Shown here piece after piece: positions 25,831 through 38,400 of a DNA stretch of 64,000 bases (the stretch's first letter is position 1; every line of letters starts with the position of its first letter). The position numbers were made by a program, and so were the translations under genes. Source of the stretch: Lytechinus pictus (taxonomy: Eukaryota); assembly GCF_037042905.1 (NCBI RefSeq), contig NC_087252.1, forward strand, positions 22,632,001 through 22,696,000, in the 5' to 3' direction. The notes beneath the pieces were generated by a model. It did not search any database. It was not told the DNA's origin and saw only the letters and a program-made list of their open reading frames with translations.

Positions 25831-27093
25831 TCCTCGATGAAATTGAGACTACATCGACCTTTCTGTGCTCATCATTTTTCTTTCTTCCCCTCCTATATCC
25901 TTTATTTTAATATCTTTTTTCTTTCTTCAATTCTTCCAAAATGTACAACAATCCCCCTTCCCAGCCCCTGATCGATGCACGTACTTGTGTACAAAAATCA
26001 CCGGTAGTCAATCGATTGCGGATCGTGCGTGAACAAAAACCCGGAGTAGAGGTTGACATTTGAAATAGGAATGTAAACAGACGCGCAGCCTTGATTTGAC
26101 AGAACGGGAAATGAAACATTATCAATATCATATTTGGTGTTCGTGGTGAGTTTGAAGTTTTAGCTAGATGATATTTTTCGTAAACTACATGTATGCTGTA
26201 GATTTTGATTTTGTGATTGTTTGCGTCAAGCGCTTCATTAATCAAATGAAACTATAGACGGAAAAATATATTTATTTTTCATGAATGAGTGGGACTGCGC
26301 TGTCAGCTGTCGCTGGCTAGTGCTAGCGGCTGCGCTGCGATCCCGCTGGCGATGCGCTGCTCAGCTCAGCCAGCATCAGCGCTGTTGTCCCCAACGTTCT
26401 CGCCAGGTTCATTCTGACGCTTGGCGGCGCGAAGCGATGATACGCAAGCCGCGCAGCGGCCTTGGTGTGCGTGCGAAGCATGCACGGGGGGAGGGTCGCG
26501 GGAGGGGGGTGTCCCCCCTCCCTCGCGGAGCGCGGTAGCTATCGAAAATATCAAGTTCGACGAGCTTAGATTGCTGCTAAATGCACTACATTTTATGTCT
26601 ATTTAATGCTTCTCCGGCCACACAGCCGTAACGGTTGCGCGAATTGCGATCGATTGAAGCAGAAAGGCAAGTCCTGATGAAAAAGGTCAAAAGAAAAGAT
26701 TTAAATTCAATCTCATTTTATACTTACAGTTTATAGATTTATTCACATCAATGACATCGATAATGTACTCCATACTTTCCAATGTCTAGATCGCTACGTC
26801 CTTAGAAAGTGCGATTCATTTTGAGAATGCGTGTCAATGACCGACTACATCTACGGACCGCATGCGCGCCGCGCCACGCCCTTACTCAATCCAAAGATTG
26901 TTCCGACTTTGTTTGGAAGCCTCGGAAGAAAACTTCCGAGGCTTCCAAATAATGGGCATCGGTATTCATGAGACGATATAATTTGCATGTTTGTTTTGTT
27001 TTCAGATACTCACTGAAACTATGACTCTCATAATTAAGACTTCTGCTGATGATGTTTATACTAATAATACTGTATCCAATCAAGATTCGTTTA

Positions 27094-27490
27094 TCACTGT
27101 CAATTATTGCTATGCTCATTTGTATTGTTCTATACTCGCCTATAAAATAATGAATGTGTCCATCACGAGCGGGAGAAATATTTTTAGTCATTCATCATAC
27201 TTTAATATTACGATTTTGTTCTTATTATAATTAATTGCGATTTAAAATGTTTTAAAAGTAAAGCTTAATTGACAGGAAAGTAGATTTATACTCACTGTCA
27301 ATTATTGCTATATGTTCATTTGTATTGTTCTATACTCGCCTATAAAATAATGAATGTGTCCATCACGAGCGGGAGAAATATTTTTAGTCATTCATCATAC
27401 TTTAATATTACGATTTTGTTCTTATTATAATTAATTGCGATTTAAAATGTTTAGAAAGTAAAGCTTAATTGACAGGAAAGCAGATTTGTA
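27094..27490. repeat. ~198-200-bp direct tandem duplication
   Basis: tcactgtcaattattgcta...ttgacaggaaag occurs twice, near-identical. Confidence 0.9.
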
Positions 27491-30400
27491 TTTTTAAATA
27501 ATGCACTATGTAGGCCTACAAATACAGCGTGTGTGAAAGAGAGGAAGAGGGGGGGGGGTTGTAGCTAGGATGGTCGAAGGGGGAGCGCGAAAGGGGAGGG
27601 GTCGTGGCGTGGACAATGACAAGGGGATGTTGAGATCGTACGTGTGTGTGGGATTGGTGAAGAAGTCAATATTCGAAGCGAATGTATATTTATAGACATG
27701 TCTAGTTATACTACTACTGATGATGACGGCTGAATAATCTTTCTTTACATGTATATTTTGGCGATTTTAAATTTTTAAAATATTTTCTTGCACCATGAGT
27801 GGGAAGATCGAGGTACGTGATTCAATAAATTGCATCAGTTTTCAAGTTACAGAAATTCACGAACAGATTATTAAAATTGAAAAAAAAAAAGAGTCAGAAA
27901 GATCTTGTTATAGCCCCCATCCAGCGTAAACAACATGAATATTTGAGGTCACGAAACCAGCTGATTCGCATTCATACAACAGGTTAACAGGTCACGTACA
28001 TGGTACACAGTCATTCCAAGGGCGGGAATTCGGGGAAACCCGTTTTCAAGCACAATGATTGGCTCAACCCAGAAAGTGAATACTAATTAGATCACGTGCC
28101 ATCGGCTTTGGGGCGTCTCGTTCACATTCCAATTCATTTCATAAATATAATCCACTCGCAGTAATTAGGCTAACGACGTTGTAAAGATAACTCTATATAT
28201 AAAACACAATTCCGATATAAAACATATATAACGACATAAGTGAAATTGAAAAATTCATCCAGCGATATTCAAATTATACTAGCGACTCATGTGGGCGTGG
28301 GCAAACGAAATACATATCCACTAAAACGTTCACACATATCAACTTCAATAATTCGTACTTGAAATGCAGGGGCCGCGGAAAGGTCTTGAAAGTGGGGGGG
28401 GGGGCTGACCACCATGCAAAAAACGCAATCAGGTGGTCCTGTTTTTGTACACGGTTTTGGAAAAAAAAGTGGGGGAGCTGAAGCCCACCCAGCCCCCCCC
28501 CCCTGTTTCCGCGGCCCTGAAATGAATATCTGTGAATGAATTGTAAATTCCACTTTGTTGAATGTGTACTTTTATTGAAATCTATTGAATCACGTACCCC
28601 CCCCCCCCCCCCCGACCAAGTCCAAGGGTTGATTTTCCACTCGCCATAAAGATTATGCAGCCACAATCACAGTAGACACATCCATAAAAGAATATTAATT
28701 TAATTCGCTCCGAACATTGACTTCTTTTCGCCAATCCCCTCCCCCACAAAGTCACAAACATCCCATCATTTTCATTTACATTGCCCACGACCACCTCCCA
28801 TTATTCTCTTTCTCCTTTACACAAATTAATTTCAAATAATATTTTATTTTAAATCGTAGTTGTTACCGGGAGTTGTTAAGCAATTGTACAACAAATTCAT
28901 GAAGCATTCACTGTAATGACTAATTGGCAGGCAAAGAGTAATAAAGAACAATACAAATGAAAATACACTGTACGTATAACTCACATTAAAAAATTAGTCG
29001 TAATATGATAAAAAGCGTGAATAAAATTAATAAAGATTATTACTTATGAAAATTATAACAGATTCAATGAATATCTAAAGAAAAAAAAAACATTCAAATC
29101 GGTTTTGGATCCCATCTAATTTTGGAAGACTCGGATAGATTTTGATGCCATGTGCGATTTGTATTATGTATGTGGCCATGGCGAGCGCTAGTGCAGTGAC
29201 ACAGAACTTGGTAGACACACCGTCGCGAAATTAATCAACACTTTCAAAAGATCGATGTAGAGATCAAGACTTTGGAAATTATGGAGTAAAATTGGAATAT
29301 AAATGTGAATAATCATTTTGCTGTAAGTAAATGAGTTGGACATTATATCAATCCATTCCTGTGGCTGTGGCTTTGTCATTATTAACGTGATGATGATCTT
29401 TTAATAATTTTCTCAATTCGTTCTACGGCAGTGTCATCAGAAATGCATTCAATGAATTCATGTAGATGTAGCTATAATAAGGCTGGGGCCTGGGACGAGA
29501 TGAAACTAAATTTCGATCGAATTTTTATATTATTTTTTGACACACTTTACTTTTGACAAAATAAATGACAATATCAACTGAAATTCGTAACATCTAAATT
29601 ACATTGCCCAACCCAGTAACCCACGGTACCCCTCTCTTCTCACTTTATTTTTGAGCGTATTTTACTACCATTTTAAAGACGTAAATAATGAGAGCAATGC
29701 GATACGCAAATGCGAGGTAAACATCTTCGCACTTCCCAGATAAGAGAGAGAGAGAGTTAAATTGGGCCTCGAGTCGAGGTCGTATCGTATACAGCATAGT
29801 AGCGAAGCAGAGAAATCCCGGGAAGAAATCGTGGAAGAAATAATCGACAAGTTTATTTTAGGATCTGAAAAGCAGATTGTTTTTATTTTAAATATATTAT
29901 TCAGTTTTTTGTGTGGATCTAGGCCTGTTTTTACAGTTGTCGGCCACGGTTGTCGGGGAAGTTCACGGTTGGCGGATTTGCCCTGAAAATTTTCAGGGTT
30001 GTCGGCGCCCGCCAACCGTGACGCGTGGTAGCGAGAACGTTGGTTGTCCCTGGTCTGGAGCTGGACGGTGTGAATGACATTTTGGCAGATGAGATTTGTA
30101 ACTAATGTAATTGAACGATAGACTTAGGATGCCAGTGCACTATCGCACCTGGCGATGTTAGCTAAAAGTTTTATTTTTATTTATTTTATCACCTCAAATT
30201 CAATTTTTGTCAAAATTTATTGCCGAGGCCGAATTGGCGAATATAATTTTTTTTTTTAAATGTCAATGAGAATGAATGAGAGTTGGATGGCGCGTGCTGT
30301 GATGCCACTTCTGCTGGCGTCCACAGCACACGACTTCCATGGTTTGATTTTTCTGTGCGCGGCTGCATGTAATGAACCCCTTGGCTTGAGTGATGATAGC

Positions 30401-30889
30401 CAGATAGAGATCGAGGCCTATTCATCAAATTTCACACACAAAGGTCAAAGCGCACTATTTACAGATTTATTTTGGCTTCGACCTAAATTGAATCAAATAA
30501 AAATCATGTGTATTTCTGTAGTACAAAATGTTGAATATTAATATCATTAAAAAATAGAATTGAAAAATATGGTAAACGGAAATTATTTACTTAGAATAGA
30601 TCTAGATCATACCAGGAGCTTGTTTTTTGCCAAACATTGGAGTCTTTGGACGCAGTTTCCAAATATCAAGCATGCACATGTAAAGTTGTGCGTCGCGATC
30701 AATTTCGGTGATTTAGATCATGCTCTAAACCCCCAAAAAATAATTGATTGATTGTTGAGAAAATAACTTATTTCAGCTGCACAAATGCCGATTTTCATTA
30801 TTACTATCAATAATTTTGATACAGAAATCGGTAAATAATAATTATTTACTTACCAAACGGACCACTTTCGGCTCTAAACATCGGACCTC

Positions 30890-31110
30890 TTCGCTCTGCT
30901 GCGCGCGACTTCGTTCTGAAAACGAGCGCGCGCGTCAACAGCACGCATTTCCAATTCAATCGGCCAATATGTCTGCTGTTTGGGAGAGTGCCTAATTTGG
31001 AAGGGTGTTGAATTTCCCGCCGTGGAGAACCCCCGCGGCGGCCAATGCAGATTTTCTTGCGAGAGATCAAGCATGTGCGATCTCGGCGGCGATATTTCCG
31101 GCAGAAATCA
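30890..31110 (+). promoter_or_regulatory. CpG-rich candidate promoter of CEP164
   Basis: CCAAT boxes at ~30964 and ~31042, E2F consensus TTTCCCGC at 31013-31020, TCTTGCGAGA at ~31055-31064; ~1.4 kb upstream of the acceptor (32445) of the ATG exon. Confidence 0.5.
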
Positions 31111-31894
31111 TTTCTCCCTTACAAGATTATTTTGGTCATCGATCTTTTGGAGTCGATAATTAGCGAGGGTCATAAGAATCTCTGGAAGTCAAAATCACAG
31201 ATTTTACCTCTGGATTTAACCCCTGGAATGATTTTTTGTGCAGCAACCAGGATCTACTGCGTGTGCAGTTCAGTAGCAGACCTGTATGTTCATGTATCAC
31301 ATGTTTGCAAGTCCCCCACCAGTGCGGGTTCCTTGAACTCATTTTCATCCGATATTTGGGGGTTTTACTCTAGATCTACTTCAGTCTATATCAAACCTAT
31401 GGTGAAGCCAAGGTCAATTGATATGCGCATTTACTTAACCAACAACAAATTAACAAAGCAATGTCTAACTGAGAATTTTAACGATGAGGTTGAGATATAA
31501 GTGGAAATAGATTTACAGCCGTTCCCAATGCTCAATGTGTCAATTGTTTCACTTTCAGAACAAAAATTCTTATAAAAAAACAAAACTAGACTGTGAATTT
31601 TTACTGTACTGTTTGACATAAAGTCCTGAAGACGTGATTGAGATCTGAGAAATGTCATCAAGCTGGATGGAAATGACACTGGCCATTTGTTTAGGTCAAT
31701 GACAATGGCACACTCAACAGTAAAATTAGAGGCTGTCAGTGTTTAGTTCAATTCCAATAAGCCCAGTTATTTTCATAAATTTTGATTGGAAAGGCTCTAA
31801 TCCGGCTTTACCTGAGACTGAGATATTGACTTGGCTTACGATTGGAGTTGTGCATGTATATTAGCCTTGTTGTTTCCCAATTAGTTACATTTAA

Positions 31895-32289
31895 AGAGAA
31901 ATTCCAGTAGTTGCAGTAAACACTGATTTCATGAGAAAGTCTGTAAAACCAGGCTTAATTGTCAGTATATCATCGAGGATCTAGATCTGGTACAGTTACA
32001 TAAACTGAACTTTGTGAAATCTTGAAATCTACGCTGAAAAATGTTCAGACTGAACTTCCCCAACACAGATAAGCGCACGTGGGACTGTGTATAATTGTAG
32101 CTTTGAGCGTCGGGCCCGACGCTCTACCCGAATCCTGTGCTTAATTGCTGATTTCTCAGCAATTACACAATTTCTTCCAGAATCCTTTGGCACATGCGTT
32201 TTATTTATACAAACAGACACTTTGGTAGTCATTTCATTGGATTCTGTACGAACTCATTTTGATATCGTTACCAAAACTAGCATTTACTT
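31895..32289. mobile_element. TTAA-flanked Kolobok-like MITE
   Basis: ttaa-agagaaattccagtag ... ctagcatttactt-ttaa; related copy at ~45675-46037. Confidence 0.65.
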
Positions 32290-32472
32290 TTAATAAAAAT
32301 TTCTTTTAAGATATTTGACCCTTCAACTTAAAAACAGGAAGTAGTGTGTACATGTATTTATCCTTTATTTATATTGATAAAATGTATTATGAAATCATAC
32401 AGTATTTTTTTCCAATTTGCCATTTTCTTCTCTTCAATGAATTAGATGAGGGATTAAAAAGAAGAGCTCAAT

Positions 32473-35400
32473 ATGATGGGAGATCAGCTAATCCTCGAGG
32501 AGGATTATGATGAGAATTATCAACCCACGGAAGCAGGTAATTAATCTTCTTGATTTAATCAATTTTTTAAATCTTACCTGCGCAGGACAGAAAAAAAATA
32601 ATGACGAAATAATTTTGCTTTACAAATTTGAATAGGAATTTTGGTCATAAGGGAAAAGCTCTCAAATAATGTACAGTCCTATGTAAAAGTACTTTATATA
32701 CAGAAGACTTTATGCATAGCAGTCTTTCAAAAATGTGGAGCAAATTGCGATGCGATACCAGGAAAATTATTCCCTGAATGATATGATGATAAGAATAAAA
32801 GAGTAATAGACATATAATTACTGTTGTTAACTATCATTTACAAGGCTTTTTGTAGTTTCTCTTTTTTAATTTCATTGAAATAATGATACCATGCCTTCTC
32901 CTATGAAATTTATGTTAAGGTGATTATCTTCATTATATTCTTTGTCTGAAACAATTTAATTGCCAAAAGGAAATGGAACATACTTTTCTAAGAGTGTTGG
33001 ATCGCAAATTATACGAGAGGTGTGTGGTGTTATTTACTTACTGTATTCTTGAATGTAATACAGAGAAGCCTAAACAGTATAAAACAATTAAAAGATACAA
33101 ATGCAAAATAAATATATTGAAAATATAGCATGATATTTATTAAAGAGGACATAATGAAATCCAAAAGCAATATAAAAGCAGAAATCTCATGGATTAAACT
33201 GAGAACTTGCAGAGATAAATTTCCATATTGATCATTGAATGAATTCAATAGATACATGTAGAAGCACTCTGTCATGAAGAAATTCATCCACATTGTGCTG
33301 CACTCGACCCAGGTGAAGTAAATGGTACATATGTACCTGGCAAGAATATTTTTTCCTTGAAATAATTGCGTGCCAAGGGAAGGCTTCATGTAGTCGGTGT
33401 AAAGCGAGGCTAATTATGACAACAGCTCCTCAACCATTCTGAAGAGTTGATATGCACTCTATAAGTTTCATTGTTATTTTATTGATAACATTATTATAAT
33501 TGTGAATGTTTTGTTGATAATATTGTAAATTATTATCATATCATTAATATTGTTTAGTAACCAGTTGTAGTAGTAGTAGTAGTAGTAGTAGTAGTCGTAG
33601 TAGTAGAAGTAGTAGTAGCATCAGCAACAGAAGCAGCAGTAGTAGTGTAGTAGTAGTAAGAGTAGTAGTATTAGTAGTGATATACTAGTAGTAGTTAAGC
33701 TTGTAACCGATTTTGCAATCGGCAACCGATTCCATTCGATTTCACCACAATCGGCAATCACTTGCCGATCTTCGATCATGCCCCTTGAAGGAAAAAATCG
33801 AAAATAAAAAATCGGCGTAGATCTGGTTACAGTGCGTGATCGCTCAGAACATATTTCAAGATTGTTTTTGAGGTGCTAGCTATTTAGAGGTCGCATTATT
33901 CAGGGAGAAAGACGCGGTATTATCTATGGCGATGTTTAAGAGGATAGATATCTTCTCTTCCAACTCATGGTGATAGCGGATGCCGCCGTGAACTTTGAAA
34001 GGTCGTATTACCGACAGAGCTCACTGCGTTACTCTCTTACATCGTTTATGATTATATACATTTTATTTTCAACCTCGTGGTGATAGCGGATGCCGCCGTG
34101 AACTTTGAAAGGTCGTATTACCGACGGAGCTCACTGCGCTACTCTCTTATACCCCTTTATAATGATATAAATCTTCTCTTCAACCTCGTGGTGATAGCGG
34201 ACCCCGCCATAAACTTTTAAAGACTGTACTATTGACGGAGCTTATTACGTTACTCTCTTACATCGTTTATGATGATATTCATTTTATTTTCAACCTCGTG
34301 GTGATAGCGGAAGCCGCCGTGAACTTTGAAAGGTCGTATTACCGACGGAGCTTATTGCGTTGCTCTCTTACATCGTTTATGATGATATTCATTCTATTTT
34401 CAACCTCGTGGTGATAGCGGAAGCCGCCGTGAACTTTGAAAGGTCGTATTACCGACGGAGCTCACTGCGCTACTCTCTAACCCCGTTTATAATGATATAA
34501 ATCTTCTCTTCAACCTCGTGGTGATAGCGGACCCCGCCATAAACTTTTAAAGACTGTACTATTGACGGAGCTTATTGCGTTACTCTCTTACATCGTTTAT
34601 GATGATATTCATTTTATTTTCAACCTCGTGGTGATAGCGGAAGCCGCCGTGAACTTTGAAAGGTCGTATTACCGACGGAGCTCACTGCGCTACTCTCTTA
34701 CCCCCTTTATAATGATATAAATCTTCTCTTCAACCTCGTGGTGATAGCGGACCCCGCCATAAACGTTTAAAGACTGTACTATTGACGGAGCTTATTGCGT
34801 TACTCTCTTACATCGTTTATGATGATATACATTTTATTTTTAATCTCGTGGTGATAGCGGATGCCGCCGTGAACTTTGAAAGGTCGTATTACCGACGGAG
34901 CTCACTGCGCTACTCTCTTACCCCCTTTATGATGATAGACATCTTCTCTTCAACCTCGTGGTGATAGCGGACCCCGCCGTGAACTTCAAATTGATTTGAA
35001 AACGCTAGCTACCCAAAACATTTTAATAACATATTTCAAATCATCGTACGTGCTTGCGTCTTCTACTTCATTTTAATTGCACTTGCGACTTCAAGATGAT
35101 GCGTCGTAAGAGATCATTCCAATAATTCTAAATCGCTAGCACCTAAAAATACTTCTAAAAGATGTCCGCCGATCGTTCATTAACCTGTGATCTATGAGAA
35201 ATATTTTCATTTTATTTTCCTTTGCGCCTTTGCTCGGAAGGTGTGTGTTTCGTTTATCTATCTAATAAAAATCACTCGGTTTATTTTAAAGCAATAACAC
35301 CTCAAAACCCCTGGCTTTAAAACATGTTCCAAACGATCGCGCATGTTGGCGACTTCCATTCCAATGCATTCGTCTTTGTGACTTTGTCAGGAAGATGCGC

Positions 35401-38400
35401 GCGACCGTGAACAACATTTTGATGTATTCCTTTGTTTTTAAACATCGCCGATTCGATTTTCGATTCGATTTCGATTTTAGAAGCTTAACTGCCGATCCGA
35501 TTTTCGATCTGATTTTTGATCCGATTTACAACATTAGTAATAGTATTTGTAATAGAATTTAAGTAATATCATCAATTTCATCATCATCACCACCACCACG
35601 GCACCACCATCATCATCATCATTATCCTCTTCATGATTGACATTATCAACATTTATTACCATGATGAAATTTCCTTTTTCAGAGATCCTTGAATATGCCA
35701 CGACAGTAATTGGCATCGACCCGGAGACAGAACCTCATTTGATGTGGATAGCTCGGGAAGGGATCAGTGCTCCACTACCAGCAGATTGGAAACCATGGTA
35801 AAAGCTTCTTCCTAGTAATTAGTTAAAGGGAAATTAAGTTATCATATTTGGGCTGGCACTAACAAAATCCAGTACGGCGAAACCACTCCTTTTAAACTGT
35901 GAACACGACCCAGGGTCCCGTTGCATTTATAAGTTAATATTATGGTAACTATGCCATCAAATGGTAACTTTCAAGGAGTTCTTGATTTTGATTGGCTGAT
36001 GAGCATTGTTACCATCATGGTAATTACCATTGGATGGCAAAGTTATCATAATAGCAACTTTTATGCAACGGGACCCGGGTTTACAGACAGCCTTTTTACA
36101 AAAGCAAGTCATTCTTGTGTTCACCATGGCATCTTTGTGTAAACTCAACAGAAATTATGTCTCTGATTTTGTTCTCTCAGATACTGGATTTTGGACCATT
36201 AACCGGTGGGGTTATTTTATTAAAACCAAGAACGAGTGGGGCAAAAAAGTGCCATGTTTACAATCATAATAATGGTAATAATAATAGCTGGATTTATCAT
36301 ATAGCGCCTTTTGCCTGAGGATACAAAGCACTTGCTATTATTACCCTGGCCTTAGCTCGAGCTACCATCACCAGCGCTCAGTGCATGCAAGGAATTAATC
36401 CTACCGGGTACCCATTCACCTCACCTGGGTCGAGTGCAGCACAGTATGGATGAATTTCTTGCTGAAGGTGTTCAACCCCCCCCCCCTTTAATTTTTTTGA
36501 TACACCCCCCCCCCCCCTGCTAAATTTGTGTTAAAATTTTTTTGGGGGGTACAAAACGACTACAAATTTTTGGTGAAGAGCTTTTTTTTTTTTTTGCTTG
36601 TCAACTTTTCATTCAGCTTGAAACCGCCCCCTTCCTTTCAAAAATCCTGCATACTTCTGCAATGGAATAATTTTGCTTTATGTTTGAAATTTGTTTCTTA
36701 GCCAAGACACTTCTGGTGGGGACATCTACTACTTCAACTTCACCAGCGGTGAGAGCACCTGGGACCACCCCTGCGATGAGTTCTACCGGAAGATGGTCCA
36801 GGAGGAGAGGGACAAACCCAAACCGGCGGGAGGTTCGGGAGGGCCTGGAAAGAAGGAAGGGAAGAAAAAGAAAGAGAAGAAGGAGAAGAAAGATGCGGGG
36901 AAGAAGAACCAAGGCCCATCTTCTGTATGTATCTAATGAAATGATTATTTCGATAATATGCATTATTTATATCACACTCTAAAGGAGAATGTAAACCTTG
37001 AACCGGTCCTAGCCTGTTCTAATTTTCCTCTCTTTTTTTTCATTTTTCTTTTCTTTTTTTTCTTTTGAGATACAAGCTTTGCATTGAATAAAAAGTCTGG
37101 CATACTTTTAATTGATATGTTATGGGTTATGGGACCCTGTTGATGTTCAGTTGTCCTCATTTTACTGCTCTTAAACAATCAATATCACTCTGCATATACA
37201 TGTAACTTCTCATTGATTTGTATTTACAGTCTCTTGGTCCCCTGAAAGACAGTGCGCTAGGATCACCCCTGGGAAGTCTGAAAGGTACGGGCCATCTTGG
37301 TACCCTCGGCACCCTACAAGATCCAGGCAGCACTCTTGGGTCAACGTCAGGGGTAAGATAGTAAAGCAATATTGACTGGCCTCGGGGCGATACGACATAT
37401 ATCGCCCAAACTAGATTTATATCGCCCGAGTCGTAGACGAGGGTGATATCAATTTAGCGAGGGCGATATATGTCCTTTCGCCCCCAGGCCAGTCAATATT
37501 GCTATTATTAACCAAATCAGACATCTAGAGCGAAAATCGTTAAAATTTAGATATTTTAAATTTTTAGAATGAGAATCTAGTTTATCATGTTGAGCAGACT
37601 GGGCCTCTGAACTTTACCATTGTGACGTAATTGAAATGACGTGTCCCTGGCCTAGGGACGCAGTATCCAGCGTTGTCTTAACTTGATTACCATTATGACG
37701 CATAGCACTCCGCGGTTCAAGGACGCGTAGAATACCCGGATATTAGCGCTGCCTTTTATTGCCCGCTACATTTCCACGCATTTTCTCATTGACTTTCCTG
37801 AGCGGGCAATAAATTGGGCCCGTGGATAAACAATTGGAATTTTATTGACCGGCCATTTGATCCCAGTCTTAAGCAGGCAACAATGTTTCAAAGTTGCCCT
37901 GCTCAGATGTCTGATACGGTTAATAATATAAAATATCAACTGTTTCAGTGCATTGAGGGACAAATATTTGATATTGGTGCCCAGTAATTACCCAATTGTA
38001 GGCAGTTCTTTGGTCTAGGTTCACCCCAGGTGAATCTAAAAGGCACTTGTCATCCCGGTACTGCTGGGACCCCACAAGTCTCGCATAGCAGTCTAGGCTT
38101 AACATCAGTGTTAAGATAGTCCCTTTGTCTAATATCCCCCCTAGGGAGTCTGAAAGGCACTGGTCACCTTGGCTAGTCTGGCACTCTACAAGAGTCAGGT
38201 AGCAGTCTAGGCTCATAGCATTGAATATCAACTGTTTCAATGCCTTGTGGGTCAAATAGTTCATATTATTACCCAATAACTACCCTGTTGTAGGCAGTCA
38301 CTTGGTACCATGAATGATGCTGCTCCATGATGGACCCGTTGGCGTCTCTAAGGCACTGGTCATCTTGGTTCCCTAGGCACCCTACAATATCCAGCTTCCT

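Noticed and set aside
26281..26606. GC-rich short ORFs
   Set aside because: Contain cgcgaagcg and G/C-run motifs typical of interspersed repeats; no splice or homology support.
33960..34990. CRISPR-like array
   Set aside because: Whole units repeat with no unique spacers, no cas genes, and the context is a eukaryotic intron.
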